From an uncultured Chloroflexia bacterium (lineage in GTDB: Bacteria; Chloroflexota; Chloroflexia; QHBQ01; JADMIH01): a DNA stretch of 64,000 nt. A model generated the notes under the pieces. The model did not search any database and was not told where the DNA came from. It saw nothing but the letters and a program-made list of their open reading frames with translations. Where the stretch lies: the NCBI GenBank assembly GCA_963797095.1, contig CAWCNY010000003.1, forward strand, positions 1,024,001-1,088,000, in the 5' to 3' direction. The translations under genes and the position numbers were made by a program. This document shows positions 36,831-47,450 of the stretch, in pieces. Numbering within the stretch: position 1 is the stretch's first letter; each line of letters starts with the position of its first letter.

Positions 36831-39497
36831 TCAACTGTAGTAATAGGGGATCACCAGGGCAAGCAAGCCGTATAAGGCGAGCAGCAAAAGCAGGTTGGCG
36901 AGCACAAACCTTCGCGCGCCAGCCGCCTGGGGCCATCGCCCATCGATCAACAATCGCAGCCCCTCCACTACGAGCCACACCACCGGGATCGTGAGCACAA
37001 ACAGATACCGCCCCTGTGGAATAGATGGATAGCCTCCATAAGCGGTAAGCGCCATCTGCTTGGCGAAACTCACGGCTATCGCCACCACCAGGCTAATGAC
37101 CGAAATGAGGGCCAGCCAGGCGTGCCAACCCCACACTCGCTTGCGGCCCTCGACGGTGCGCACTACCAATCCGATAGCCGCCAGTACCAGCACGCATCCG
37201 ATCCCCAGGTATGCCACGTCGGGCAGGTCGATGGCAAGCCATCCAAAGCTACCCCAGAACGACCTGTACTGCTGCGTTGCATAATCGCTCCACAGGGCGA
37301 GCTTGCTGAACGGCTGGGGGTTGAGAAGCGCGCTAGCCATGTTCCTCACTTCCTCGGGAACTATCCCCTCGAAAAGAGGGCGCACAGCCCAGCGCCCTTG
37401 TTCCCCCGATGGGTCTACCAGCGCGGCCCTGTAGATCGGGTCATCCCACCTGCCGCCGGCAGCCTCAACCCTCAGCGACATGTCGTCGAACTGCACCCGC
37501 GCATCTGGCAGGCTGCCATCCCTCACCCCTATGATCAGCTCGATCTCTTCGGCGTTGGCCTGCGCGTCGCCCGTAACTTCCAATCTGGTCCATTCGCCCC
37601 CTTCGATCAAGATCCCCGTCGCCGATCCCGCCTCCCGCACACCGTCCATCACCGCTATCTCACCCGTTACATCTCCCTTGTCTGCGGTTGCGCCCGCCTG
37701 CGCCGGCACCAGGCGCAGCCACCCCGTCAGCGTCACGCGCAGGTCGGGGTGGTAGATAAGCGGTGGCATAAGCCTCTGCATGGCAACTGCTCCCTGTGTG
37801 GCTTCCAACTGGATGGCATGAGTTCCGTCGTGCGCCGACTCCGTTGCCACGAGTTGGGCGCTCTCAAGTGGTGTGTAGCTCACGAACCAGCCCGGCGAGG
37901 CTTCTTCGCGCATCTCGAACACCGAGAAGAATCCGCCCACCGCAATCACAACCACGATCAAAACGACGGCCCCTGCCCTCAATGCCCGGCTGTTGATCGG
38001 GAGCACCCTTCCCGTCCACGACCTGCGTGCAAGGCCCACCCCGACCCACACCAGGATGCCCCCCACCAGCATCGGGAGACCTGCGGCCACGGCCGTCGCT
38101 TTGGTAGCCACCCCAACGACGGCCAAAAGCACGCACAGCGCGGCCAGGGCTAACCCTCGTTGTGATACCCACTTATCCCCATTGGCATTGAAAGCCGATC
38201 TAACAAGCGCCATCACCGCCACGAACAGCGCCGACACCGCCACCTCCGCCAGTACATCGTTGTTGACAGATGTAGCAACAAACGTGTGCATCGGCAGCAG
38301 CGCCACCGCCATCGCCAGCCGCAGCCCAAGCGCCAGCCATGCCAGCGCCACCACTACCAAACCCAAAAAGAGCGATACCGAGCGCATCACATACAGCGAC
38401 ACTTCGGGATTCGTGTAGGGATCGGCGGGGATGCCCACCAGCCGGGCCGCTCGCAGGGCCACCGCGCACAGCCAGTAATAGCCGGGAGGCTGGCGCACCT
38501 GCTGGAACAGGTACGCGTCGGTGCGAGTGACCGCGCCCGGCGCGCTGTTGCCCCTCAACCTTCGCGTGAAATCGTTCCTGTCAGCTGAGGCGTTCACCGC
38601 CTCGATCAACTGCGTGTCGCGGTCCGCGCCGTCCAGGTCCAGCGCTTCCACCTCTCCGTTATCCAGGTCGTGCCTGTCCAGCAAAGCCACGTAAGCGTAA
38701 TGAGCGTATTCATCAGGCCCCTGCCAGGGCGGTGTGATCAACATGAAGAGCAGCCCGTACACCAACCCCACTGCGAGGGCCAAAGCGAGTGACCACCCCT
38801 TCCGCAAACGTGCTTCCCCACCGTCAAACCTCAGCACCATGCAAGCCCCTATCCCCGCTGCTCCAAGTATGAGCAGTCCCCACACCACCCAGGGCGATGT
38901 GCTCTCGCCCGCCCCCCCGATCATGCTCCCCCACACCTGGAGAGGCGGGGCGGCGTATTGCAGCCCAAATGCCAGGTCCCCCGGCGTCGGCTGCCCGTTG
39001 TAGTACGCTTCACCGTTGGCATAGGGATCGCCTCTCGGTTGAGGTTGGTACCAGAACACCGAGAGCGACCTCCCCGGCTCCCCAATCGGGGCCTCGATCA
39101 GCACAAAATACGACCTGCCCCCGCTGTCAGGTATGGCCGGGAAACTGAAAAGGTACCAGGGGTTTTCCTCAAACGACTCGCCCAACTGAAGCGTAACGGT
39201 GGCCAAATCCTCCCGCAAATCCGGCGAGGCGCGCAGGTGCATGACTAACGCGCCGCGTATGGCGTCGGTCTTGCGTCCATAAGTGGCTAGATGTACCTCA
39301 ACACCCGACAGGCCATCGTATCGCGCCACGAAGCTCTGCCCCACGCTCTCTCCCGCCAGCAATTCGCCCGGCGCCGAGTTGGCCGTGTCATAGCGGCGGT
39401 GGGTGGCGGCTACATATCCCGTCCAGAACACAAACAGCACCACCGTCGCCGGAAGCGCGTAGCGAATCGTGCGTGCAAGGCGGTTAATATATGTCAT
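36831..39497 (-). CDS. GT-C type membrane glycosyltransferase (DUF2142-like) with extracellular beta domains
   Basis: 'ITPPWQGPDEYAHY', 'QPPGYY', 'SVNND', 'SFWGSFGW', 'QGRYLF'. Confidence 0.75.
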   Translation of the reverse strand: MTYINRLARTIRYALPATVVLFVFWTGYVAATHRRYDTANSAPGELLAGESVGQSFVARYDGLSGVEVHLATYGRKTDAIRGALVMHLRASPDLREDLATVTLQLGESFEENPWYLFSFPAIPDSGGRSYFVLIEAPIGEPGRSLSVFWYQPQPRGDPYANGEAYYNGQPTPGDLAFGLQYAAPPLQVWGSMIGGAGESTSPWVVWGLLILGAAGIGACMVLRFDGGEARLRKGWSLALALAVGLVYGLLFMLITPPWQGPDEYAHYAYVALLDRHDLDNGEVEALDLDGADRDTQLIEAVNASADRNDFTRRLRGNSAPGAVTRTDAYLFQQVRQPPGYYWLCAVALRAARLVGIPADPYTNPEVSLYVMRSVSLFLGLVVVALAWLALGLRLAMAVALLPMHTFVATSVNNDVLAEVAVSALFVAVMALVRSAFNANGDKWVSQRGLALAALCVLLAVVGVATKATAVAAGLPMLVGGILVWVGVGLARRSWTGRVLPINSRALRAGAVVLIVVVIAVGGFFSVFEMREEASPGWFVSYTPLESAQLVATESAHDGTHAIQLEATQGAVAMQRLMPPLIYHPDLRVTLTGWLRLVPAQAGATADKGDVTGEIAVMDGVREAGSATGILIEGGEWTRLEVTGDAQANAEEIELIIGVRDGSLPDARVQFDDMSLRVEAAGGRWDDPIYRAALVDPSGEQGRWAVRPLFEGIVPEEVRNMASALLNPQPFSKLALWSDYATQQYRSFWGSFGWLAIDLPDVAYLGIGCVLVLAAIGLVVRTVEGRKRVWGWHAWLALISVISLVVAIAVSFAKQMALTAYGGYPSIPQGRYLFVLTIPVVWLVVEGLRLLIDGRWPQAAGARRFVLANLLLLLALYGLLALVIPYYYS

Positions 39498-39524
39498 GGG
39501 CCTGTTTGCAGGGTTTTCGCCCGG

Positions 39525-40400
39525 TCATGGCGAGATGCCGGGTGCGACCTCCGGCGTCGGAGTGAATATGCCCGGTAATGGCGTCGGCGGCTCAGCGAAC
39601 GTGGGCGGGATGATCCCCGGCAGTAGTGTAGGAGATTCCGTCGGGAGAATAATACCCGGTAGCGGTGTGGGAGGTTCTGTAGGAGCGGGCGGCACAGTGG
39701 ATGTCGGCTCCGCCGTCGGCGGTACCTCGGTGGGCAACGGCTCTGCTGTGTCGGTCGGCTGGGGCGGTGCCGGGCGAGTTGGCGGCACATAAGGTGTGCC
39801 AGTGGGTGCAGGTATCTCCGTGTCGGTCGGAAGGGGAAGGGCGGTCGGCGCTTCCTCAGGTATGGCCGTGGCCGGTAGCTCGGTGGAGGTGGCAGGCGCG
39901 GCGGGAGCGGTGGGACTCAGGATCACGGCTATGGCAGGCGCTGTGGCCGTCGGTAATCCGGCGTTGGAGCCGGGCTCATCCTGCGAGGGCTTGCCGGGTG
40001 ACAGCATTGCCAGCCCTGTCAAGAACACCCCCACCACCATCACGACCGCCAACCCTCCCACCAACAGCACTCCATAGTTGCGGCGGCGTCGAGGGAGAGG
40101 GTGGTGTCTGAGGGCCGGCCTGGGTGGCGCATAGCTCTGCGTATTTGCGATTGTCCCGGCGCTCGCGGCGGCAGGCGCAGGTGCGGGTTGCCTGGCTGGA
40201 AGGGGAGGCCAGGTGCTCTGGCGGCGAAGCACGTCGAGGTTGTACTTCCTTTCGAGGAAGGGGGGAATAGGGACCTCGCCCTGTGAGCTCGTGCTCCCGG
40301 CAACGTTCGCCGGGTGGCCCAGGTGGCCCAGCCCATTATCGCCTGCTTTTGCTGATCCAGGGTTGTCGGTGCTGATCCACCATATTGTACCCCATGCCAC
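39525..40400 (-). CDS. Single-TM Pro/Thr-rich surface protein
   Basis: Basic patch, TM 'YGVLLVGGLAVVMVVGVFL', long PT-rich tail with 'PTPLPGII' repeats; start uncertain. Confidence 0.6.
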   Translation of the reverse strand: MAWGTIWWISTDNPGSAKAGDNGLGHLGHPANVAGSTSSQGEVPIPPFLERKYNLDVLRRQSTWPPLPARQPAPAPAAASAGTIANTQSYAPPRPALRHHPLPRRRRNYGVLLVGGLAVVMVVGVFLTGLAMLSPGKPSQDEPGSNAGLPTATAPAIAVILSPTAPAAPATSTELPATAIPEEAPTALPLPTDTEIPAPTGTPYVPPTRPAPPQPTDTAEPLPTEVPPTAEPTSTVPPAPTEPPTPLPGIILPTESPTLLPGIIPPTFAEPPTPLPGIFTPTPEVAPGISP

Positions 40401-41391
40401 GGGCCGCCGCGATTGTGGAAACCCTGCGGCGCAGCAATCCGAGGCCGAACCTCAACGCACCGGCCACGCTGCCCGCCATCAGGCCCGCCGCTCTCAGGAT
40501 GATCATGAAAGGCGCGATCAGCGCCACCTCTCTATCGTCGCGGGCGGTATGCCACGCGAGCGGCAAAGTGGTAGCCAGCAAAGTAGCAGCGATTGCCCCC
40601 GCGCTTCGCCTGGCGAGACGCGAGAAAGGCGTCGCCGGGATGGCGAGCAAAAGCAGGCCGAGCAGCACCATCTGCACCTTGATGCTCTGAGGCGTATGCG
40701 AGTCGCTCACAATGCGGGCCGGGTAGCGGGCCACCACTGGCACCTTCCAGTAGCCGATCCTGAACTTGCGCCTGACATAGTCACGCACAGCAGGCACATG
40801 TCTGTGATAAACAACCCCATCGGGCACGAACACAAGCCGGTAGCCGCGCTCGGCCAGCCTGAACGACAACTCCTGGTCCTCCACCATCACCACCCCGCTA
40901 TCGAACCCGCCGGCCGCCTCCAACGCCTCCCGCCTGTAGCCCGCCGAGTACGTATCTATGAAATCAATCGTGTCGAGAGGAGCCATTCTGCGGTACTTGC
41001 TCTCGTACTCGGCCTGCACCCACCGCGCCACCAGGCTTCGCTGGCGCGTGCGATAGGTGCCCTTGACCCCGTCGGCCCCGGCCTGGATCGCACCGGTCAT
41101 AGTAGATGCCCAATCGGGTGCGGGTTCGCAATCGGCGTCGGTGAAAAGGATGATCGACCCTGACGCCTCCGCCACCCCCCGGTTCCGCGCAGCAGCCGCG
41201 CCCGCATGTGCCTGCCTGATAACCCGCACTCCATCCCCGAACCCCTCAGCCACCCGCGCGGTGCCATCAGCAGAGCCGTCATCCACCAGTATGATCTCAA
41301 AAGCGCAATCCAACCTCTGCCCCACCAGCGCGCGCAAACACCCTTCCAGGGTCTCCTCAGCGTTATAAGCAGGAACAATAATCGAAATCAT
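40336..41391 (-). CDS. Glycosyltransferase family 2
   Basis: 'ISIIVPAYNA', 'VDDGSAD', 'FTDAD', 'EDQELSFRL'. Confidence 0.93.
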   Translation of the reverse strand: MISIIVPAYNAEETLEGCLRALVGQRLDCAFEIILVDDGSADGTARVAEGFGDGVRVIRQAHAGAAAARNRGVAEASGSIILFTDADCEPAPDWASTMTGAIQAGADGVKGTYRTRQRSLVARWVQAEYESKYRRMAPLDTIDFIDTYSAGYRREALEAAGGFDSGVVMVEDQELSFRLAERGYRLVFVPDGVVYHRHVPAVRDYVRRKFRIGYWKVPVVARYPARIVSDSHTPQSIKVQMVLLGLLLLAIPATPFSRLARRSAGAIAATLLATTLPLAWHTARDDREVALIAPFMIILRAAGLMAGSVAGALRFGLGLLRRRVSTIAAARGMGYNMVDQHRQPWISKSRR

Positions 41392-41477
41392 AAGTGATAA
41401 GTGACGAGTGACGAGTGACGAGTAACAAGTATCCAAATACGCAGTACGCAATACGCAATAATCACTCGTCACTCGCC
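41392..41477. repeat. Inverted heptamer array
   Basis: (AGTGACG/AGTGATA)n ... (TACGCAR)x3 ... (TCACTCG)x2. Confidence 0.8.
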
Positions 41478-43033
41478 ACATTCCCTCCCGCCACAAGCAT
41501 TGCCAGCAGTACCCAGGTGAACCCCAGCCAACTACCATCGGTCACCTGATACGCTGCCATCAAGCCCACGCCCGCACTTAAGAGGCCGAACGTCAGGTAG
41601 GACTGGGTGCCCCATTGGCCTGTCGGGTAGCGTATGGCCTTGAAAGCTCTCCACCCTGCTGCCAATGCCGCCGTCGCCAGCAGGATAAGGCCAACGATGC
41701 CCGTATCGAAGAGCGCGTGCAACTCTATGTTGGCGATCCAGGAGCCTCCTTCGGGCGGTGGTGGATACACCAGGGGGAAGGCCCCCGCTCCCCACCCCAA
41801 TAGAGGCCGTTTCAGCCACCCATCGAACGCATCGGTGAACACCCGCAACCTTCCCGCCAGCGATGGCGCTTGACCTGGGTCCCCCAGCACCTCCTCGATG
41901 CGATTGGCGGCTGCCGAGCTTTGCCCCACCGGCTCGGGCGTGGCGGTTGGCGATGCGGCCCCGCCCGTGGTGGTAGGGCGCGCGCCGGGGGTCGGTTTTG
42001 CCTGCGTTCCGGCTGTTGTTTTGCTGCCGAACAGGTTCTCGCGCACCATATCGTCGATCTGCGCTGGCGTGAGGTCCCAGGGTCTGCCCATCTGCCATTG
42101 GGGAGCGGGCAGCGACAGCCCCACCCCCAGCCCGACAGCCCCGCCCACCAGCGAAGGCAACAGCATACTGGCGGCGATAACGCGTGCCCCGGCCAGCCGC
42201 AGCCTCCATGCAACGATTGCCATCAGCGCGATAAGCGGCGGGCCGATCAGCCATACGGTGCGCGTCATGCTCAACATCACCCCGCACATCCCCAGCCCCA
42301 CCGCTACATAAAGCACCGGGAGCGGCAGGCGATTGATATCATAGGTTGCCCCACCCCTCAACCGGATCAGCACCAGAATGGAGGCAAGCGTGCATTCCGC
42401 CAGTGCAAAACTGCCGAAGATATTCGGCTCCCACAACAGACTTTGCACCTTCGGAGTGACCACGAAAATATCGTTGTTGTAGAACCTCTCCAAGAGAATC
42501 CCGAAGTTAGGGCCTATCAACTGGAACAGGAACGCACTCAGCAGCCCCAGCAGCGCGATTGCGGCCCCCGCCCCCACAAACGTCACTACAGCCCATTCCA
42601 GCGCTGCCCCCGGCCTGATCAGCAGGCGAGCCGCCACGTAGATCGCCATCAAACCGGCCAGTATCGCCACGTACTTGAGACTATCTTTGGTGTCGGGCGA
42701 GAACAAGAGTGACGATACCAGGTTGACCGCCAGCCACACGCCCAGGCATATATCCACCAGGCCGACCAGGCGTAGCGCGCTTCTCCCCTGCCTCAGCAGC
42801 GCCAGCGCCGCCGCCACGCCCCCGATAATGAATTCGAGCCGCAGGTTGAACCCGCCCACCGGCACGCCGAGCCTGTCGGTCGCTACCCCCAGCACAAGGA
42901 GGGCGATCCATACGGCGGTGGCTCTGTCCAGCGCGGCTCCGCGCCCCGTAGCGACATCCGGCTCTGCCGTTGCGGTTGCCCGCCTTCCGGCCGTCACCTG
43001 CGCATCGTCAATAGTGCGAGTGGTAGTGCTCAC
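41462..43033 (-). CDS. O-antigen ligase/polymerase family protein
   Basis: 'WEPNIFG', 'SMTRTVW', 'RPLLGWGAGAF', 'DTGIVG'; GTGA overlap with the upstream stop. Confidence 0.8.
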   Translation of the reverse strand: MSTTTRTIDDAQVTAGRRATATAEPDVATGRGAALDRATAVWIALLVLGVATDRLGVPVGGFNLRLEFIIGGVAAALALLRQGRSALRLVGLVDICLGVWLAVNLVSSLLFSPDTKDSLKYVAILAGLMAIYVAARLLIRPGAALEWAVVTFVGAGAAIALLGLLSAFLFQLIGPNFGILLERFYNNDIFVVTPKVQSLLWEPNIFGSFALAECTLASILVLIRLRGGATYDINRLPLPVLYVAVGLGMCGVMLSMTRTVWLIGPPLIALMAIVAWRLRLAGARVIAASMLLPSLVGGAVGLGVGLSLPAPQWQMGRPWDLTPAQIDDMVRENLFGSKTTAGTQAKPTPGARPTTTGGAASPTATPEPVGQSSAAANRIEEVLGDPGQAPSLAGRLRVFTDAFDGWLKRPLLGWGAGAFPLVYPPPPEGGSWIANIELHALFDTGIVGLILLATAALAAGWRAFKAIRYPTGQWGTQSYLTFGLLSAGVGLMAAYQVTDGSWLGFTWVLLAMLVAGGNVASDE

Positions 43034-44466
43034 CTTTGAAGTGTAGGGTCTCGGTTGGTGGCTGTCAAGCGCCACAGCGCGGCCACCAGCGCCAGCATGG
43101 CCCAGAAGAGCACGCCCGGCTTGGATACCATCACCACCGTATCGAACAATCCGTGTACGAACGATGCCAGCAAGGCGGCGGCGATGCCCGCCACCAGCGC
43201 CGCCTCCACACCCACCAGGCCCACACCTCCCTCCTTCCTCCACAACCGGGTCAGCATCAAAGCAGCCGCCAGCCACACCGCCAGGTAGCCCCCCAGCCCC
43301 GGCAACCCCAGGTCGAGCGCGGCCTGCAAAAGCTGGTTGTGCGCGTGGCCTATATCATACGTGTTCGGCACCGAGGGCGCGGGATAGCGCGTCGGTAGTA
43401 GCTCACGAAAAGCGTCCAGCCCGATCCCCGTGATAGGGTAGTCGCGGATGCCGTGAAGGGCGCTCTGCCACACATCCCGCCGCACCGCGAAATTGTCATC
43501 GACTGTTATAGACCCTGTGGTGTCTATCTTCTGTGTCGGGTCCGAGTCCCACCATTCCACCAGCACCGCCCCCAGCAACACCACCCCGATCACCCCCGCC
43601 ACTGCCACCGCCGGGCGGGTGCGGGGCCAGCGCAGCCACGCCAGCAGACCTATCCCCGCCGCCAACCCCACCAGCGCCCCCCTCGACTGCGTAAGCGCCA
43701 GCGTACCCCCGGTCAGGGTGAGCATGACAACCTGCACTCTGCGATCTCGCAGGGCGGCCCGCAGCCGGTTCGACCGACCTTGCTCCTCGTTCCTGGCAAG
43801 CAGCAGGGCAAGCAATGGCATCACCACCCACAGCAGCGCGCCAGCCACAATATTGGGTTGGAATCCAGTGTTGTTCCTGGCAAGCCCCTGCGCGACCTGC
43901 GGGAACCATTGGGCGATGTCGCTGAGCACCGGCAACCTGTACTGCCAGGCCGTGCCGAGCAACGCCACCACCGCCATCAGACTGCCCGCCGCCAGGTACG
44001 CCAGGGTCGCCACCTCCAACCGCCCGCCCCTATCCACCCACGCCACCACCGCGTAGTACAAAGCGACGCTGTACACCAGGAACTCCGCCCTGCCCACGCT
44101 CCAATCCATGTCGGGCGATACGAGCATCCCCACCAGGATCATGGCACACATGATCGCCAGCGGCCAATCGAGCGGGGTGCGCGGCAAAAAGAACCCCAGC
44201 GCCAGCCTGCGCCACTCCCACAGCAGCAGGATGACCGCCACCCCCGCCACCGTAAACACCGATGGAAAGAGAAAGAGCGGGCTGAGGACTATGAGGATAG
44301 GCACTTCGACTGTGCGGACGATGCGGCCCCGCTCCGCAAGCGGAGCCTTGGCCCCCGCGCCCACCGTCAAGGCTGGCCGCCACCGCCCTACGCTGGCCCT
44401 CGCGACCGCATATGCCGCCGCGATCACCATAAGCGCGACCAGGATACCTACCAGCCACTCGATCAT
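43030..44466 (-). CDS. O-antigen ligase family protein
   Basis: 'QPN', 'TQSRGA', 'PITGIG', 'HAHNQLLQAALDLG', 'HGLFD'. Confidence 0.9.
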   Translation of the reverse strand: MIEWLVGILVALMVIAAAYAVARASVGRWRPALTVGAGAKAPLAERGRIVRTVEVPILIVLSPLFLFPSVFTVAGVAVILLLWEWRRLALGFFLPRTPLDWPLAIMCAMILVGMLVSPDMDWSVGRAEFLVYSVALYYAVVAWVDRGGRLEVATLAYLAAGSLMAVVALLGTAWQYRLPVLSDIAQWFPQVAQGLARNNTGFQPNIVAGALLWVVMPLLALLLARNEEQGRSNRLRAALRDRRVQVVMLTLTGGTLALTQSRGALVGLAAGIGLLAWLRWPRTRPAVAVAGVIGVVLLGAVLVEWWDSDPTQKIDTTGSITVDDNFAVRRDVWQSALHGIRDYPITGIGLDAFRELLPTRYPAPSVPNTYDIGHAHNQLLQAALDLGLPGLGGYLAVWLAAALMLTRLWRKEGGVGLVGVEAALVAGIAAALLASFVHGLFDTVVMVSKPGVLFWAMLALVAALWRLTATNRDPTLQR

Positions 44467-44471
44467 GTTGC

Positions 44472-45671
44472 TTACCGGCCCCTGGCCTCTACCAGCCTGT
44501 AGAAAAGCCTCAGGTAGTCTTCCGTGATCGAGTCCCATGAGTAATGCGCGCGTGCATAGGCGCTCGCTCGCGCCCTGTAATCCTCAACCATCGCCGGGTT
44601 ATCGATCAGCCCCTGGAGCACCGCGCGCAGCCCTTCCGCGCCCGCTTTCCCCCTGTACATCAGCCCCGCGTTGCCCAAAGTTTCCTTATTCTCCGGCGTA
44701 TCGTAGGCCACCACGCAGTTGCCCGACGCCATCGCCTCCAGCAAAGCGGGGTGCGTGCCGCTGGCCGACGACGTGCCAGCGAACAGATAAGCGTTGCTCA
44801 ATATCTCGCGGTAGCCGTCCCCGTGTATATAGCCCGTGAAGATCGTATCGTCGTCGGCGAGCGATTTGATCCTCGCTATGTAATCGCTCGCGTAAGAGGA
44901 GTCCCCCATGATCGCGAGTTTCATCCCGCTCGCACCGGTCAGCCCCTGGAAGGCCGGTATCAGGTGATCCAGGTGGTTCTCCGGCACGATCCGCCCCACG
45001 AACAGCACGTATTTGCGAGGCTCCAACCCCCAGCGGTGCAGATGCTCGCCGGGCGGCAGCGGCTCCACGTCCGACCCGTAGGCGATATAGTGGACCCGCG
45101 CCCCGTACCGCTCCCTGTAGAACCGTTGCACCACCCTGGAGTTTGTCAGGGTGGCCGTGGGCAGCATCGTGGACAGTCGTTCCGCCATCCGGATGTACAT
45201 CTTCGCGAAGCCGGGCCACTTCTCCCGCTTCCAATCGAGGCCGTCCACGTTCAGCACCGTGCGTTTGCCCGCCAGCCTCGGTATCCATGTCACCGGGCTG
45301 TTCCCCGCGATAAAATACAGGCACACGTCGTAGGGCCGGAACATCGCGTCCAGCGAGCAAAGCGCGGTGTGCACCAGCGTATCCAGGTACTTGTTCTCGA
45401 TTGTAGGCACCGAGATCAACCTTATACCCCGGTACTCCTTCAAGCCGGGGTCAACGAAATGCTTCCGGCAGTACACCGTCACGCAATGCCCCTGCTCCAC
45501 AAGCCTCGACCCCATCTGTTCGGCGCACCTCTCGAAACCGCCGTATACGCTGGGCACACCGCGCGTGCCCAGCATCGCTATACGTAAGCGACGCCGGTTC
45601 TTAATCGTGGGGGTCCTGGTTTGCGAAGGGTGGACGAGGGAGGTCGTCGTTTCTTGCGGTTTGTTTTTCAT
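44472..45671 (-). CDS. Glycosyltransferase family 4
   Basis: 'LGTRGVPSVYGGFE', 'NVDGLDWKREKW', 'VGRIVPEN', 'PALLEAMA'. Confidence 0.93.
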   Translation of the reverse strand: MKNKPQETTTSLVHPSQTRTPTIKNRRRLRIAMLGTRGVPSVYGGFERCAEQMGSRLVEQGHCVTVYCRKHFVDPGLKEYRGIRLISVPTIENKYLDTLVHTALCSLDAMFRPYDVCLYFIAGNSPVTWIPRLAGKRTVLNVDGLDWKREKWPGFAKMYIRMAERLSTMLPTATLTNSRVVQRFYRERYGARVHYIAYGSDVEPLPPGEHLHRWGLEPRKYVLFVGRIVPENHLDHLIPAFQGLTGASGMKLAIMGDSSYASDYIARIKSLADDDTIFTGYIHGDGYREILSNAYLFAGTSSASGTHPALLEAMASGNCVVAYDTPENKETLGNAGLMYRGKAGAEGLRAVLQGLIDNPAMVEDYRARASAYARAHYSWDSITEDYLRLFYRLVEARGR

Positions 45672-45726
45672 GATCTATTGGTCAGCCTGTATAGGAGCTT
45701 CATTGTCTTCAATTATAATGGACGGC

Positions 45727-46668
45727 ATGAAACTTCTCACCGCCGTGGAAACAGCCAGCCTGCTCCCTTATAACGGCATGGCCCGCGCCCTGGCCGGTGT
45801 CATGCGCGACCGCGCCGCCGGGCGCGCCAATGCGCCTGCCCGCATGTCTGTTCCGCTGGCAAACGAAGGCGTGCTCCTCCTTATGCCAGCCGCCGACGAG
45901 CACCTTGCGATCACCAAGCTGGTGACTGTGCACACGGCCAACAGCCTTGCCGCAACAGGAACCATTTTACCCGTAGTGCAGGCCGAGGTGCTGGTGATGG
46001 ACGCCGCCACGGGCAGGCGGCTTGCCATCCTCAACGGCGAAGTGGTCACAGGGCGGCGCACCTCCGCCCTCTCGCTCCTGGCGGCCCAAAAGCTGGCCCC
46101 CAATCCCTCAGGCCCCTTGCTGGTGGCAGGCGCTGGCACTCAGGCTCGCTATCACATCGAGGCTTTCGTGGAAGGTCTGGAAGTCCGCGAAATCTACATC
46201 CATTCGCGCACCCGCCAGCGCGCCGAGCAACTGGCCTCTTACGCCCGCTCGCTGCCGGATGGCGTCACGGCCTCCGTGGTTTCAAACCCGCTCCAGGTGC
46301 TTGACCGTGCCACCCTCATAGTCACCGCCACCACCGCCACAGCCCCAGTAATCCCTGGTGAGGGCACCACCATACGCGACGATGCCTTCGTAGCAGCCGT
46401 CGGCGCGTTCACTCCGCAGATGGCCGAGCTTCCAGCATCTCTCATCAACCGCTCACAGGTATACGTTGATACCCTTGACGGCACAAAGGCAGGCGCGGGC
46501 GACCTCATCCTGGCGCGTGTAGATTGGTCCCGCGTAATAGAATTACAGGATGCTCTCGAAGGCCCGAAACCAACCGGCGGCCCCGTAATCTTCAAGAGCG
46601 TGGGCCACGCCCTCTGGGACCTGGCTGCCGCCCGCCTTGCCTGCCATGAGTTGTACGAAACCTCATAA
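45727..46668 (+). CDS. Ornithine cyclodeaminase / delta1-pyrroline-2-carboxylate reductase family
   Basis: 'LMPA', 'TGRRTSA', 'GAGTQA', 'AVGAF', 'FKSVG'; TATAAT 7 nt upstream of the ATG suggests a leaderless mRNA. Confidence 0.9.
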   Translation: MKLLTAVETASLLPYNGMARALAGVMRDRAAGRANAPARMSVPLANEGVLLLMPAADEHLAITKLVTVHTANSLAATGTILPVVQAEVLVMDAATGRRLAILNGEVVTGRRTSALSLLAAQKLAPNPSGPLLVAGAGTQARYHIEAFVEGLEVREIYIHSRTRQRAEQLASYARSLPDGVTASVVSNPLQVLDRATLIVTATTATAPVIPGEGTTIRDDAFVAAVGAFTPQMAELPASLINRSQVYVDTLDGTKAGAGDLILARVDWSRVIELQDALEGPKPTGGPVIFKSVGHALWDLAAARLACHELYETS

Positions 46669-47419
46669 GCCAAGCATCTCGCACAGCCTGTCGGCGTTAT
46701 AGATCGCGTGGCAGCCGGGGTCATTGTTGAAATACACGTACACGTCGCACCCTTCGCTTGAATACTCCTTTATGCGGTCTGCCCAATATCGCAGCTCGCC
46801 TTCGCTGAGGCCGACGCCGTGCATCCCGCCATGCACCCTGATATAGCCATGCACCCTGATATAGCGGAAAGGTCCGGCGTCCGGCACCTCCTCCGGCGTG
46901 TGGTGCCCGCCAACGGCCCGCACCAGCGCGCACCCCTTCTCATCAAGCAAATCAAGTATCTCCCAAATCAAGTATCTCCGGCGAGTACCACGAATCGTCG
47001 CGGAACTCAATTGCTGCCCGCACCTCACCGGGTAGCACCGAAAGAAAGTCGCGCAGCCGCTCTTTGTCCGCCTTCATCCCAGGCGGCAACTGAAATAGCA
47101 CAGGTCCCCGGTGCTTCCCCAACCCCGCTGCCGCCTTCAGCAGCCTATCCAGCGGCTCCTCTGGCGAGCGCAGCCGCTTTAAGTGCGTCAGGTATCTGCT
47201 GGCCTTCACCGCGAACACAAAATCGGGCCTGAAACGTACCTCATCTGCCCAGGCCTTGAAGTTCGCCCGTGTAGGGAGCCTGTAAAAACTCCGGTTGATC
47301 TCGACCGTGGGATAGCGCCGCGCAAAGTACCCCAGCCACTCATCCCCCTTGAGGTCGCACGGCTAAAAGCACCCCGACCAGTGCTTGTAAACCCATCCCG
47401 AAGTTCCAATCAGGATCAA
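46663..47419 (-). pseudogene. DUF72 (YecE-like) pseudogene
   Basis: 'IGTSGW', 'VEINRSFY', 'LFQLPP', 'EFR', 'YFNND'; TAG at 47363-47365, 16-bp and 18-bp tandem duplications. Confidence 0.88.
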
Positions 47420-47450
47420 CGCAAAGCCCCCTTTGCGTATAATACGGACG

